A stretch of 64,000 bases of DNA from Octopus sinensis (GCF_006345805.1 NC_043014.1:9486001-9550000); one strand, 5' to 3'. Counted from the stretch's first letter, positions 1 to 13,653 are shown. Notes: generated from the letters alone by a model not told the origin. Translations and numbers: made by a program.

Positions 1-85
1 TGTAGCAAACGTACACAAAATAGAATTACATATATATGTGTATACACAAGTGTATATTAGTATAAATACACATATAAGATCATAT

Positions 86-128
<43 letters not shown>

Positions 129-131
<3 letters not shown>

Positions 132-274
132 GGAGTAAACACATAAATGTGAAACAAGGTGGAAAAAAGAGTACTCAAATACCAGTGGTAGAGTAATAAA
201 AAGCATATTACTCTACCACTGGTATTGAGTACTCTTTTTTCCACCTTGTTTCACATTTATGTGTTTACTCCGGT
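129..274. repeat. ~69-bp near-perfect inverted repeat (7-nt loop) abutting (TA)n; probable inverted Penelope-like terminus
   Basis: 129-198 is the reverse complement of 206-274 with one 1-nt bulge; loop AAAAGCA. Confidence 0.85.
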
Positions 275-780
275 CTAACCCGATCCTTGTAAAAGTTTGA
301 GCGACTCTGCACAAGTAGGAAGAACAAACAGCTGAAAAAGTATATATATATATATATATATATTTATACGGAAATATGCACGTAAATACACATCCACTCA
401 AATATAGGTGTAGAGACATGCATACATATACATCCATTTTCGTATGTGCATGAGTATAAACACACACGCTTACTTACACATATGCATAGACGCACATATA
501 CGAATACATATACAGGCAAACAATACAGACATCCGTATAAAAACATAACTTTTTTTAAAAATTGCTGAGTGTATAATAATAAAAATCGGATAAAAGACAT
601 GCAAAATAGAACACCATATCTCGACTTATCTACAAATATAAGGATTAAGTGGGTTTCTAAAATACAATAAAATGAAATAAAAATAAAGATAAACTCTTAG
701 ACATGAAAATAATATATACATATAACAATCGAAGGTTTTCTTGAGAAATATGTCGAAATATATACAATATTTTTCGATGC

Positions 781-1002
<222 letters not shown>

Positions 1003-1049
1003 TAAATAAATAAATGGACTTTAACGCAGGTATAAATCAAATACTTTTA

Positions 1050-1134
1050 CTTTCGACACATGTTTCGAAGACTTCACTGATATTATTCAAAAGAATGAAT
1101 GGTATTAAACAATGCAATTTTCTCGTCGGGGAAG
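1050..1134 (-). ncRNA. Degenerate hammerhead-like motif with long helix II
   Basis: CTTCC-CCGACGA-G...~55 nt...C-GAAA-C-ATGT-GTC-GAAAG; U4 is C and helix I has a mismatch; 3' flank runs into (TA)n near 1005. Confidence 0.3.
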
Positions 1135-2409
1135 GGAAAAAACGAAACTCGTCAATAAGAGATTTTAACAGAAATAAAGTGGAATAAAGTGTCTTGCTCA
1201 ATTAAAGTATCCTGGTAACTAAGACAAGGTAGAAAATGCTAACATTTTTTCATCATCAAGAACATTTTAGAATCGGTTTCAGTATTTTTGATTTTTTCAA
1301 CATAGAGATAATAGTGAGAAAGAAATTGTGAAAAAAGTAAAGGAAATGTTTCATTAAAATATTTCCATAGTTTCCAAACGCAAGAAACATTTTCCTTTTT
1401 TCTGTCTGTGTCTCCCTTCTTTTTACTCTTGTGAAGTTTTCGCAGCAGGTAGTAGTTAATAGTATTTCAAAATTAATATTTGTTTCGAGTCCTTGGTTTT
1501 GATTTTTTAAAGATCAGTAGTAGCAGTGAAGAAGAAGAAGAAGAAGAAAGTGGGAAAGAAGAGAAAGAGTAATAAAAATACGGGAGTGCTATCATAGTTG
1601 TAGGATGCTGTTGGAATCCTCTTAAATGGTCAAGTGACCTGTGAGTGACATGTTGTGATTGTAATATTAGTGATTGGAATAGTCCTGAATAAATTCATGG
1701 CTAGTGACTGGAGTCGTTGTTATCGTCTATCTAACCTCACTAGCAAATTGCTGACCCGGCACCTAAATCATAAACTTCTGCATCAATAAATATACATGAT
1801 TATATATATATATATATATAATTGTGTACGTATGTGTGTGTATACTTGCGTATATATGTGCGTAGTGTCTGCGTGTCTGTATTTGAATTTTTATATGCGA
1901 TCTTGGTTGATTTACTCTTTCAAGTGCGTTTCATGTGAAACCGTGAGCTGTAAATATTATTGTTTGAAGGTTCACTTTGCCAATAAAATTCTTATGAAAT
2001 GGTTATAGTCCATTGCTTTTTTGTTCAGTTAGCCATTATATATTGTTTATCTCTCTATTGATTCTGGTTATATACTTTTCGTCAAAATATTTTTCAGCGT
2101 AAATATGTTTGACCTTTTGAATTAACATCCATCTTGAAACATATTTTAATTTTGTTTTTATTATATGTACATGGCTATGCGTTATTTATGCGCCACTGTC
2201 GTTGCTGCAACGCACTAAGCTCAAGCATGGTGAAAAAATAAGTACTTTGCGATATTTTTTCCAGATATTGATTCCAGCGTTCATTTCCCAACATGGATTT
2301 GAACCGAGAGGGTTTGCTGAAAAATAAATTACTTTCCACTGAAAAATTGTAGCCTCGTTATCTAAGTCATTAAAGGCCATAATTAGAATATTTTAAAATT
2401 CCATCTTTT

Positions 2410-2640
2410 ATCATTTACTTATTTCAGTAAATGACTGTATTTCCTCTAAGATGTGGCACCGCTTCGAAGGAATTTGGTCGAAAGAACTAAACACCAGTAC
2501 TCATACGTTAAAGTTTGTACTTATTTTATCGTAGCTTTTGCCGAAACGCTAAGTTACGACGACGAAAACACACCAATGCTGATCGACATACGTTGATCTG
2601 GGACAAACCGAAATACATACATACAAACACACACACACTC
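2410..2640 (-). mobile_element. Old SINE family B, 3' half
   Basis: Diverged match to family B body (TAACTTAGCG.TTCGGCAAAAG...GATAAAATAAGTAC). Confidence 0.65.
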
Positions 2641-2667
2641 AAATCATGCGCACACACATACATACTA

Positions 2668-3050
2668 ATAGAGGGGACAAACAAGGACAATCATAGGTAT
2701 TAAGTCGATTACAACGACCCCAGTGCGTAACTGGTACTTAATTTATGTACCTCGAAAGGATGAAAGGCAAAGTCGAATTCGGCTGAATTTGAACTCAGAA
2801 CGTAGCGGCAGACACACTACCTATTTCTTTACTACCCACAAGGGGCCAAACACAGAAAGGACAAACAGGGACAGACAAACGGATTAAGTTGATTACATCG
2901 ACCCAGTGCGTAACTGGTACTTAATTTATGTACCTCGAAAGGATGAAAGGCAAAGTCGAATTCGGTTGAATTTGAACGCAGAACGTAGCGGCAGACACAC
3001 TACCGCTACGCATTTCGCCCGGCGCGCTAACGTTTCTGCCAGCTCGCCGC
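2668..3050 (-). mobile_element. SINE family C with internal tandem duplication of the body
   Basis: Head GGCGAGCTGGCAGAAACGTTAGCGCG; two copies of the GCCTTTCATCCTTTCG...AAGTACCAG unit, junction near 2820. Confidence 0.9.
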
Positions 3051-3183
3051 CTTCTTAGTGATAATAATGAGTAATCCATAATATCGACAGAAAGAACATT
3101 AAGATTATATAAAATATCACATAACGTTATATAAATTGTGTGATGGTGGTATATTTAAAATCTGGTTCCAAAAGAAAATGTAT

Positions 3184-3800
3184 AAATCCTTAAAAATCCT
3201 TTAAAATGTTTTAGCCCGAAGGCCGCGGCCATGCTGTGGCACCACCGCTGAATGAGCTACACTAATATGTGAATCGACCTCTGATACGTGGCACTTGATC
3301 GACAAGGGAGTTCGATGCTGAAGCCGCATCTGCGTCTCCTGTCGTGAGGTAGGTTCATCTGGGACTCCCGACAAGAAGAGATCCAGTTTAGTTTTAAAGA
3401 GACCCACATCCACACCATGTAAGTCTCTCAGGCATTTCGGGAGGATGTTAAAGAGCTGTGGTCCTCTGAAACCCAAGCTGTTGCAGTATCTGGACCTGTA
3501 TTTTGATGGTGATGTTGGAATCTTTGACACCATGCAGTGGCGCCCCGTTCTGCGGTTGGGGTAACTTTGAATGCCAAAGTTTGGGACAAGACCTTCCAGG
3601 ATTTTCCAGATGTATATCACCGCATATCTCTCCCGCCTCCGCTCTTTCCCAGTAGCTGATATTTTGCAGTGAGACGATTTTCTTTGTGTAGCTTCTCTGA
3701 ATTTCTTCGAGTTCTGCTGTTAGTTTTATATTGTGTGGTGACCATAGTTGGGAGCAGTAGTCCAAGCGGCTGAGGACAAATGTTTTCGATAGGTAAGACA
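3184..3800 (-). mobile_element. CR1/L2-group LINE, 5'-truncated (RT C-terminus plus 3' UTR)
   Basis: KTFVLSRLDYCSQLWSP...LEEIQRSYTKKI...YWER, then shifted frame ERRRERY..IYIWKILEGLVPN...FKTKLDLFLSGVPDEP; tail CCACAGCATGGCCGCGGCCTTCGGGCTAAAACA plus short AAGGATTT repeats. Confidence 0.9.
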
Positions 3801-5291
3801 ATGCAAAATTCTTGATTAGCGTTCAAACAGAGAATATGTAAATCAGGGTGAATAATAAAATGCTCAAATGTGGTGGACAAAAGCGATGACATTTATTTTA
3901 ATGATGAATATTTCCGCTTACTGGAATTCAAATATAAATGCACAGAAGACAAAGTAAAACGAAAAAGGGTCTCACATGGATAGAGATAGAACTTTTGGGT
4001 AGGTACAGATCCGCAGAGGGTGAAGATATCCCGATTCAGAAGCATGTCATCAACACTGTTTATATTGAAATGAGTATCCACAGCTACTTTAATATGAGAA
4101 AGACAAGTGTTGCTTGCGTTGTGTCGTTCCTGAAAGAAAACAAAAGGTTATATGAAGAACCTGGATTTGGACTGTTGATACATAAATAAATACGGTTTTT
4201 ATGAAGCATTACCGTTTGTCTGAGTCAAAAGATTACATGTGGTAAATTTATTCAAAACCTATCAAACCACTGGTATAAAATATTGGAATGTTTCAACTCA
4301 CATTCACCGAAGACACAACTTACACTTCAGAATCGATCCGCGCTTCTTCTATTATTCTTTTCTCTGATAAAATGACAGTTTATTTACTGAAGCCATGCAT
4401 ATTGTTTTTCTAGTGTATAAAACTAGGCAGAAACAAAAATTTCGTTTATTTGCCCCATTGTTTCAATTTCAGGCGTTCATATTATTGAGGTTTCTAGTTA
4501 TTCTGATGGACTATATAATTTAATTTTCTTATCGTTGGAAAAGAAAATCAATGCCATTTAAATATATTATATAATAATAATTCAGACCGCTCCTAGATTT
4601 ACCATAAATATTCTGGGTACCAATAATCTTAACGATATCTGGTTCGTATATCGTATCCAGTGATTTGTTAAACACCAACGTCTATATTTTTAACTGCCTT
4701 CAGACCACGTTGTTGCAGTCGTTCGCTATCTGTCCATCAACAACTTCCTAGATTCCTTCAAAGTACTTCGGTAGCACTTAAGTAGATTATGGAACTACGT
4801 TCGTCTTCTGACTGCAGCATTGATGATAATGCAAAATACATGTTTATTCCAAAGCAATTCTCGTAGTTGTCTACTCTGATGTCGAAATAATTTTTGAAAT
4901 GCAAGGCACGTAAAAGCCTCGCCTTGATTGAGACTACTACCACCACCTTGTCAGAATGCAATAAGTTGAAAGATTTTAGCATTTGAACTCGAGTTACCAC
5001 CTTGTCCATGCCTATTAGTCCGAATAAACAATAGCGTCAGCTTGGGGAAGAATGTTATGTGAATTCTTCATCGCGTAAGACATGAATAATATCAGAAGAG
5101 AGATAAATACAAACATATTTACTTATATAATTCCACACACAATGCAGTCGGCTAAAATATGAATTTATGTTTGCCACTGTGCAACAATTTCGTTTCTGTT
5201 TTTTCGTTTTACATTTGACAATGATCGACGTCTAGAAGTTGTATATTTTCGTTAAAATCTTTTTCCATTCCTGCTGTAATACTTTCAGACA

Positions 5292-5683
5292 GGAGGCGCA
5301 ATGGCCCAGTGGTTAGGGCAGCGGACTCGCGGTCATAGGATCGCGGTTTCGATTCCCAGACCGGGCGTTGTGAGTGTTTATTGAGCGAAAACAAATAAAA
5401 AAGCTCCACGAGGCTCCGGCAGGGGATGGATGGTAGTGATCCCTGCTGTACTCTTTCACCACAACTTTCTCTCACTCTTACTTCCTGTTTCTGTTGTACC
5501 TGTATTTCAAAGGGCCGGCCTTGTCACTCTCCGTGTCACGCTGAATATCCCCGAGAACTACGTTAAGGGTGCACGTGTCTGTGGAGTGCTCAGCCACTTA
5601 CACGTTAATTTCACGAGCAGGCTGTTCCGTTGATCGGATCAACCGGAACCCTCATCGTCGTAACCGACGGAGTGCTTCCACAC
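5292..5683 (+). mobile_element. SINE family A (tRNA-Arg-like head), tail type 1, full length
   Basis: GGAGGCGCAATGGCCCAGTGGTTAGGGC...GGTTTCGATTCCC; 11-bp TSD ACTTTCAGACA at 5281 and 5684. Confidence 0.93.
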
Positions 5684-6066
5684 ACTTTCAGACACTTTGC
5701 GAGCGCCACCACTGTCATGCCTATTTCAATGAGCGTTAGTATAAAAGTAATTAACACTGGCGTTGTATTGAGCAGTGGTGGTTATAATATTGAGGTCTGT
5801 AATATTTTCTGATCTTTACTGAAATATTGTTGAGAGTACAGTATTTCATTTCCGTTCTTTTTCATCATATTCAGTATACACCTATTATATTAATCCTCGA
5901 GCAAGAAGGAATTTTTTGCAAGGGTGTCAGGGATCTTCACACTTTTGTATCTTTATAAAAATGATTTTTTTCACCGATAGAGCTAACTATTGATTTGCGC
6001 GTCAGTTAGTTATATACTACAGTAACCAGGAAGATTAGGCAATAATAATAATAGAAATAATAATAA

Positions 6067-6364
6067 TAGGGCTGATTGCTATCTAACTCAGATACCAGGA
6101 AACCCCAAAATGGCAGAAATTCATAAGATAGTGCTCATGGGAACTGCTCAAATCCTACGCAAAATACTTTCTATGTAATCTCAAGTTTTAAAAGAAACAT
6201 AATTTTCGGGTTTTTCTTTTAGACATTCACTAGTACAACACAAAAAAAAACAAATATATGGCACGCTAGGCATAACAACAACATGAACTTCCAACTTGTT
6301 GTCTCTTGCGGTCTCTGGGTGAGACTTGGAGCCAACTTGTACAAATATAAAGCAAAAGTCAAAC

Positions 6365-6367
<3 letters not shown>
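6067..6367 (+). mobile_element. RLE-type (R4/Dong-like) retrotransposon 3' end in (TAA)n
   Basis: ADCYLTQIPGNPKMAEIHKIVLMGTAQILRKILSM* plus 3' UTR; (TAA)n on both sides. Confidence 0.85.
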
Positions 6368-6420
<53 letters not shown>

Positions 6421-6505
6421 TTTATAATAGTAATAACAATAATAATAATAATAAAGATGATGATGATGATAATGATGATGATGATAACAATAATAATAAT
6501 TACGA
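6368..6505. repeat. (TAA)n/(TGA)n microsatellite
   Basis: Direct reading. Confidence 0.95.
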
Positions 6506-6694
6506 GTGGTGGTATTCTGCTTACTACCACACATTTGCTTATGAGTTGCTTGACCTTAATCAGTTGAGCATGTCCCTCAGTTGCTTACAATGTGTGCATC
6601 TCTTTTCCTTCACTTATCCCCCTAGGACGCTGGATGTGTCTCGGCTAGTGATTGTAACAATTATTCAGATTAAAAGTAAATAATAATAATAATA

Positions 6695-6742
<48 letters not shown>

Positions 6743-6744
6743 TA

Positions 6745-6900
6745 GGCGTATGAGTGGCTGTGTGGTAAGTAGCTTTCTTACCAACCACATGGTTCCGGGT
6801 TCAGTCTCACTGCGTAGCACCTTGGACAAGTGTCTTCTACTACCGACCAAAGTCTTGTGAGTGGATTTGGTAGACGGAAACTGAAAGAAGCCCGTCGTAT
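6745..6900 (+). mobile_element. SINE family B, 5' half
   Basis: GAGTGGCTGTGTGGTAAGTAGCTT...GGATTTGGTAGACGGAAACTGAAAGAAGCCCGTCG then (TA)n. Confidence 0.88.
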
Positions 6901-6901
6901 A

Positions 6902-6934
<33 letters not shown>

Positions 6935-6944
<10 letters not shown>

Positions 6945-7050
6945 CACTAGGCATAACAACGACGTGCACTTCCAACCTGTTGTCTCTTGAGGTCTCTGGG
7001 TGAGACTTGGAGCCAACTTGTACAGACATAAAGCAAAAGTCAAACATAGA
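6935..7050 (+). mobile_element. Short 3' UTR copy of the 6067 RLE family
   Basis: GGCACACTAGGCATAACAAC...GTCAAACATAG(AAT)n matches 6258-6367. Confidence 0.85.
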
Positions 7051-7543
7051 ATAATAATAATAATAATAATAGAAAGATTTAAACTCAAATTATATTAGGA
7101 GATAATGACTAGATCTTACAATTATCTCATGTGACATTGAAATATATTTGCCTTTAACGAATCGTTTGAAACTTTTCCAATCTAACATTACATCAGTTAA
7201 AACAAACACATAATGAATATTCGGCAAATTTAGGTGCCAAACATTACAGGTGAGTTTAAGTAAGTTTGTATTCCACAGGTGCTAGTTGCCTTAGCTTAAT
7301 TTCCCGGTATTCTTAGCTTAGTTACCTTAGCTTAATTTCCTGCGATATAATCCAGCATTTTAATTAGAGATTCTACAGACGAACATTCGACCAAATACTT
7401 TCTAGTATAAGGCAATCGTTGCAGAAGAGGGATCGAACCAATATCCTCCGAATTGCTAGATAAACGCTGAACCATACGTTTTTACACAGACACGCAAACA
7501 CAGAGATATACGTACATTCATATACAAAGATATACATGTCATA

Positions 7544-7950
7544 GGCTCAGGAGTATCTGTGTGATAAGTGGCTTGCTTACCCACCATAGAGTTCCAGATT
7601 CAGTCCCACTGCGTGGCACCTTGGGCAAGTATCTTCTGCTATAGCCTCGGGCCGACCAAAGCCTTGTGAGTGGATTTGGTAGACGGAGATTGAAAGAAGC
7701 CCATCGTGTGTATATATGTATGTGTGCATACATGTATGTGTGTCTGTGTTTGTCTTCCCAACATCACTTGACAACCGATGCTGGTGTGTTTACGTCCCCG
7801 TAACCTAGCGTTTCGGCAAAAAAAGTGTCCGATAGTATAAGTACTAGGCTTACAAAGAATAAGTCCTGGGGTTGATTTGCTCGACTAAAGGCGGTGCTCC
7901 AGCATGGCAGCAGTCATATGACTGAAACAAGTGAAAGAGTAAACGAGTAA
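7544..7950 (+). mobile_element. SINE family B, full length
   Basis: tRNA-like head, CORE-like CCTTGGGCAAGT motif, internal TA/TG tract, tail GGTGCTCCAGCATGG...ACTGAAACAAGT. Confidence 0.9.
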
Positions 7951-8528
7951 GAATATGCCATATTCATAGAAGCTAATGTATTGATCCTATCTATTGGGAC
8001 CAATCAATAACCAAAATCAGATTCAATCACTGAGAGGGTCTGGTCGGAATCTCTTTAATATTAGTTCCTATGTAGCTATACAATATAACAAAAAATCAAT
8101 TTCTATAAAGATAATTGATTACTACGTTCGTTAGCATGGCGGATATATATATATTCAATGTTATATTAACTTACGACACTTCATGTTCTGATTTCAAGTC
8201 ATATCAAGGTCAACTTATTAATTCATTTCCCGATATCGATAGAGTTATGTAACTCCCAAATAGAGCGTTCAGTTTAATCAAATCATATGTTTCGCTAAAA
8301 TAGTATGTGGCCTGTTTCGATATTTGTAAATCGATAATGCAGTTTTTTACATACCGTGTGGTATCTATCTTCGTTTGAATATACCTTGCAACCAAATACG
8401 ACGTGCAACAGCTACAGTCTCAGTGGCATGGACAATTCTTTATCCATTAGCAATGTACATACATTAATGTTGATGATGATCATGATGCTGATCCATGATA
8501 CTACTACTACTACTACTACTACTACTGC

Positions 8529-8582
<54 letters not shown>

Positions 8583-8640
8583 TAATAATAATAAAAATAA
8601 TAATAATAAATTGATAATAACAATTGACAATAATAATAAC

Positions 8641-8675
<35 letters not shown>

Positions 8676-8697
8676 TAATAATAATAATGATACTAAT

Positions 8698-9050
8698 GAT
8701 AAAGTTTCTCTAAAAGAAACGGAAAAATTTTCAAAATACAAAGACCTACAAATAGAGGTATCTCAAATGTGGAATATAAAAACAGACACAATTCCTATCA
8801 TAGTATTCGCGTTTGGTATGATTATAAAAAATATTCAGACAAATACATAACAAAAACCCCTGGACTTACAAATATATATATATAACATACAGAAAATTGC
8901 ACTACTGGGCACTGCACACTCCTACGCCAAACACTTTCAATACAGTAACCATCAGAGCATCACAACAAATCACAGCACGTACTCAAGGTACACAGAGCTG
9001 CGCTCGGTAGGGCCGTCAAAGTACGTGATAAGAATAAGGCTACTGAATAA
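8698..9050 (+). mobile_element. RLE-type retrotransposon 3' end, second lineage, after (TAA)n
   Basis: KVSLKETEKFSKYKDLQIEVSQMWNIKTDTIPIIVFAFGMI...IQKIALLGTAHLLRQTL with frameshifts. Confidence 0.85.
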
Positions 9051-9316
9051 GGATAACAATAATAATGATAAAGATACAGATGATAACAAGTGTAATAAAT
9101 AGCCAGCGTAGGTTTGGCGGTTGATTTACTTATTTGTCCATTTATGAAAGCAGAATATATTTTCGATCAACGCCATATAAAATAGAGCGAGATCGGAACA
9201 AGGATGTGAATGAAGATATCATATACACATACTTGTGTGCGTGTGTATGTAAGTGTGCCTGTGTGTATGTGTGTATGTGTAACTCTGTACACGCTCTTTA
9301 ACTCTCCCAATATATA

Positions 9317-9386
<70 letters not shown>

Positions 9387-9447
9387 GTGTGTGTATGTGG
9401 GTAGGTTTCAATATATGAATGAATAGAAATAAATAGATATGTGTGTT

Positions 9448-9487
<40 letters not shown>

Positions 9488-9614
9488 TATATTTATATAG
9501 ATGGATATATAGAATGATAGATAGATACATACATACATATATACATACACACACATATAGGTAAATGTATAAATATACACATGTAAGTACATATGTATAT
9601 ATATATATATATAT

Positions 9615-9778
9615 TATTGTTATATTTCGGAATGGTCATATTGCCAGTTTAGCCAATAAAAACACACGCACTATTATTTATTGGCTAAACTGGCAATATG
9701 ACCATTCCGAAATATAACAATATCTGTTTCAACACACACGACTTCACATAAAAAATCTTGCACAACAAATATTTAAAC

Positions 9779-9780
<2 letters not shown>
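9615..9780 (+). mobile_element. Penelope-like terminus (58.6-kb family) with a perfect 46-bp hairpin
   Basis: 9615-9660 is the exact reverse complement of 9677-9722; 9723-9780 matches 58864-58910; (TA)n on both sides. Confidence 0.75.
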
Positions 9781-9870
<90 letters not shown>

Positions 9871-9871
9871 C

Positions 9872-9958
<87 letters not shown>

Positions 9959-11113
9959 GTTTGCACGTGTTTTTCCCTTCCTCCAATTTATGTCCACACT
10001 TCACGAAATGCTGCAACATCCACATTAAATGGCGTCATGACAATATTGTTACGTACTCGATGAAAAACAGTAAAAAATAATATATATATATATAACAAAA
10101 ATACAGAAATGTTTCGAAAATAAGAATTACAGCCATCCACATCGCAAACTGTATATTATCTGTGACAGATTAAATAACAGTTGACGTAACTCGTAATGCA
10201 ATTTCTTTTTTTTCAGGTATTCTAAAAGTGTTGAGTTGTACGAAGCCAAAATAATGATATAGAGCTAGTTTCGATGATAATCTCTGCATATATTATACTT
10301 CTGTGATAGCAGTAACTACAACGTTCCTATATGTCCACTAACAGGTTGTGAAGCTCAGCCTGTAGACAACGCGATACAATCATGCAATCATCTGCTGCAG
10401 TATTTGGTAGTTAATAGACGCGGTTTTATGTAGGGCATCGGCAATATTATAGTGTTTTATGCTGTAATATTCACATTAGATAAATACAAACTACAGAATT
10501 ACCGATGTCTTTAAAGCAGTGTGATCGTATTCCACCCGTGGATATGTGAATATGGTTCTTTACACCTGTTTTTCTCATAGTTGTAAGTTATATCAACAGC
10601 ATGTAATCACTAAACTTCTCGTAATTAGTTCGCTGAAAATTGAAGGCAATTATTGCTACCAAGAGGAAATGTATCTCCTTTTCTTGTTTCTCCTCTCCCC
10701 CCCCACACACACTTACTTACACTCACTCAAGCGCACATACGATATCTCTGACATTCTCTCTTTCATATCTGTCTCTCTTTGATCATATGCGTGTGTGTGT
10801 CTATGTGTATGTGCATACATATTTATAAATATACACAAACACGTCTATCTATAGATATATGTGTGTGCGTGTGTATTATGCATGATTAAATAAGATTCCG
10901 GTAAAATCCTTAAATCTTTGTAGAATGCTATGCAAAGCTCGTCCAATGTTATTGGCTACCTGATGTCATCATATAGAGGAAATGCTCTCGCTACAAGGTA
11001 TGCATCATGTATTCTGTAATATCAGTTGAGTTTATATAAATATATAAATGACAAATATTGAAATGAACGACATAGTTTAATTAAAATCATTACACACATT
11101 TCAACACATTGTA

Positions 11114-11673
11114 TTGGGTTGTCCGGAAAGTTCGTGTCGATTTATAGTAGCTTACTTATTTTAGAACATAGTTGAGTCCATAAAATATGATTTGACTACA
11201 CCTCCATTTAGAGCACAGTTTAAGCTATCTTTTCGTGGAAGAAGGTTTATGTTCCTATAACCTGTGTTAATTCTGTAACCCTGTAAAATGGAAGATAAGA
11301 AAGTTCATTTTCGGCAATTGATGCTTTGGGAACCAGACAAAAATTGCTGCAGCTTGGCTGCGTTGTGTTACCCCACCCTCCATATTCACCAAATATTGCT
11401 CCTTCGGATATCTTATTATTCAGGTCTCTGCAGAATAGTCTTAATGGTAAAAATTTCAAGTCCTTGGATGACGTAAAAAAGATACCTTGATTAATTCTTT
11501 GCCATGAAACCACCTCAATTCTGGAAAGAGGGTATTTTCAAGTCAAAGGATAGATGGAGACGCATTATGCAACTAAATGGTTCATATTTGGTTGATTAAA
11601 AATGTAATGTCAAGTATTTATTGACGCTTTTTCTCTCCTTTAAAATTCGGCACGAACTTTCCGGACAACCCAA
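11114..11673 (+). mobile_element. Mariner internal-deletion derivative, both TIRs
   Basis: TIR TTGGGTTGTCCGGAAAGTTCGTG.CGA at both ends, TA on the left; MEDKKVHFRQLML joined to VLPHPPYSPNIAPSDILLFRSLQNSLNGKNF. Confidence 0.92.
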
Positions 11674-12268
11674 CACAATTTTACTCCACTGGTGTTGTAT
11701 CGAGCAGTCTTTATAATACATCCATTCTGTGATATGCGCTTCCTCAGGTGACTTTTCACACAAGTCCTTCGTGGGAATCTCTCGTCACTGTATACACTGT
11801 GATAATACATACCCATACACACATATAGCAAGTAAGTGGATATATGGAACAATAATTATACGGCGCACGTAAAGATCCCGACGAATTTACTGTGCGTTCT
11901 AATTGCTTCAAAATTTTATATAAAAACTAGACGAAAATAAATTAAGTTTGTGTCAGGAATGTGGCACTGTTGTTTTGGCGCTAAAGAAACGGAGGGTGAA
12001 TTAGATCTTTGAAAGTTGACTAGTATAGAAATTGTCAGTCTTCGCTACTTTAATATTTTATTATCTCTAAATGATGAATTTTATTCATCATTTTACTCTT
12101 GACTCTCTTTCGAAATTTCTTTCCTATAATCTTATCATTAATATAGAATGTATCAATTTCCGTGTGCAGGAATGCATGTTTGTACGATGCAATGCCACCT
12201 ACGTTTGAGTAAGAGTACAAGGTAAATTATGTCGACAAAAGACTGTATAGGTTACTGTTTTGATTTCG

Positions 12269-12339
<71 letters not shown>

Positions 12340-12377
12340 TATATATATTATATATATATATATGTATATGTATATAT

Positions 12378-12452
12378 ACACGTTTATGAACTTGTTGCAA
12401 GATCAGTGATGTGAAATTGTGTGTTGAAACAGATGTGGTAATAACAAAAACA
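12378..12452 (-). mobile_element. 3' end of the 9.6/58.6-kb Penelope-like family
   Basis: Minus strand ACATCTGTTTCAACACACAATTTCACATCA..GATCTTGCAAC, ending at (TA)n. Confidence 0.6.
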
Positions 12453-12806
12453 GATACGACACACAACAACAACTACAACGATGGCAACAGCGTGGGCGAA
12501 CACACAAACAGAGAGTTACAAGAATGGTACAAAATGTCAGGTTCAAGTGAAGCACCAGCGGCAATGAGGTAGCACACACACACACACACACACACACCAA
12601 CACACACACACACACATATACATGTATATATTTAAAGTAAAACGTAAAAGAGACAAAGGGAAGAGTAATTACAATGAGGCAGCTTTGTAATAGCTACAAA
12701 TGTGTCGACGCATACAGATCCTCGTATATACAGGATTTAAAGTTGAAAATATATTATTTAACGATTTACCTGTATAAGAAGATATATATGTATCTCCTCA
12801 GGCAAT

Positions 12807-13196
12807 TTTTTTGGAAGCACTCCGTCCGTTACGACGACGAGGGTTCCGGTTGATCCGAATCAACGGAACAGCCTGCTCGTGAAATTAACGTGTAAGTGGC
12901 TGAGCACTCCACAGACACGTGTACCCTTAACGTAGTTCTCGGGGATATTCAGCGTGACACTGAGAGTGACAAGGCCGGCCGTTTGAAATACAGGTACAAG
13001 AGAGACAGGAAGTAAGGGTGAGAGAAAGTTGTGGTGAAAGAGTACAGCAGGGATCACCACCATCCCCTGCCGGAGCCTCGTGGAACTTTAGGTGTTTTCG
13101 CTCAATAAACACTCACAACGCCCGGTCTGGGAATCGAAACCGCGATCCTACGACCGCGAGTCCGCTGCCCTAACCACTGGGCCATTGCGCCTCTAC
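12807..13196 (-). mobile_element. SINE family A, tail type 1, full length
   Basis: Reverse complement of the 5292 copy; TSD CCTCAGGCAAT at 12796 and 13197. Confidence 0.93.
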
Positions 13197-13440
13197 CCTC
13201 AGGCAATACTCAGTTGCTGTCTCCGTAAGTAAAATTTAGATTTCTATGCTCCAACATCCTTGGCTTCTTCTTTGACTCTTTTACTTTTTACTTTTTACTT
13301 TTTATTTTTCACACACGAGGAATACCTAAGACTAGAATTGGTAGCATTCCATAAGAATACTACCGCCTATTTGGAAATTCTAAGGGTAAAATTACTCTAT
13401 TTGTACTCTTATACGTTCTCAACAGAACACAACTCAACTG

Positions 13441-13492
13441 ACTATATATATATATTATATATTATAAATATATATATACATATATATATATA

Positions 13493-13555
<63 letters not shown>

Positions 13556-13558
13556 ATA

Positions 13559-13653
<95 letters not shown>

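Noticed and set aside
285-325. Hammerhead-like topology on the minus strand (CTTGT...GAG-TCG-CTC-AAAC...ACAAG)
   Set aside because: Neither CUGANGA nor GAAA is intact.
5292-5366. SINE heads as functional tRNA genes
   Set aside because: They continue into SINE bodies with TSDs and lack a full acceptor stem and terminator.
8356-8850. 164-aa ORF with poly-T/I/N runs
   Set aside because: Microsatellite read-through into an RLE retrotransposon fragment.
10340-10420. Possible exon (CTAACAG acceptor, GCEAQPVDNAIQSCNHLLQYL, GTAGTT donor)
   Set aside because: No recognisable peptide or partner exons; such signals occur by chance.
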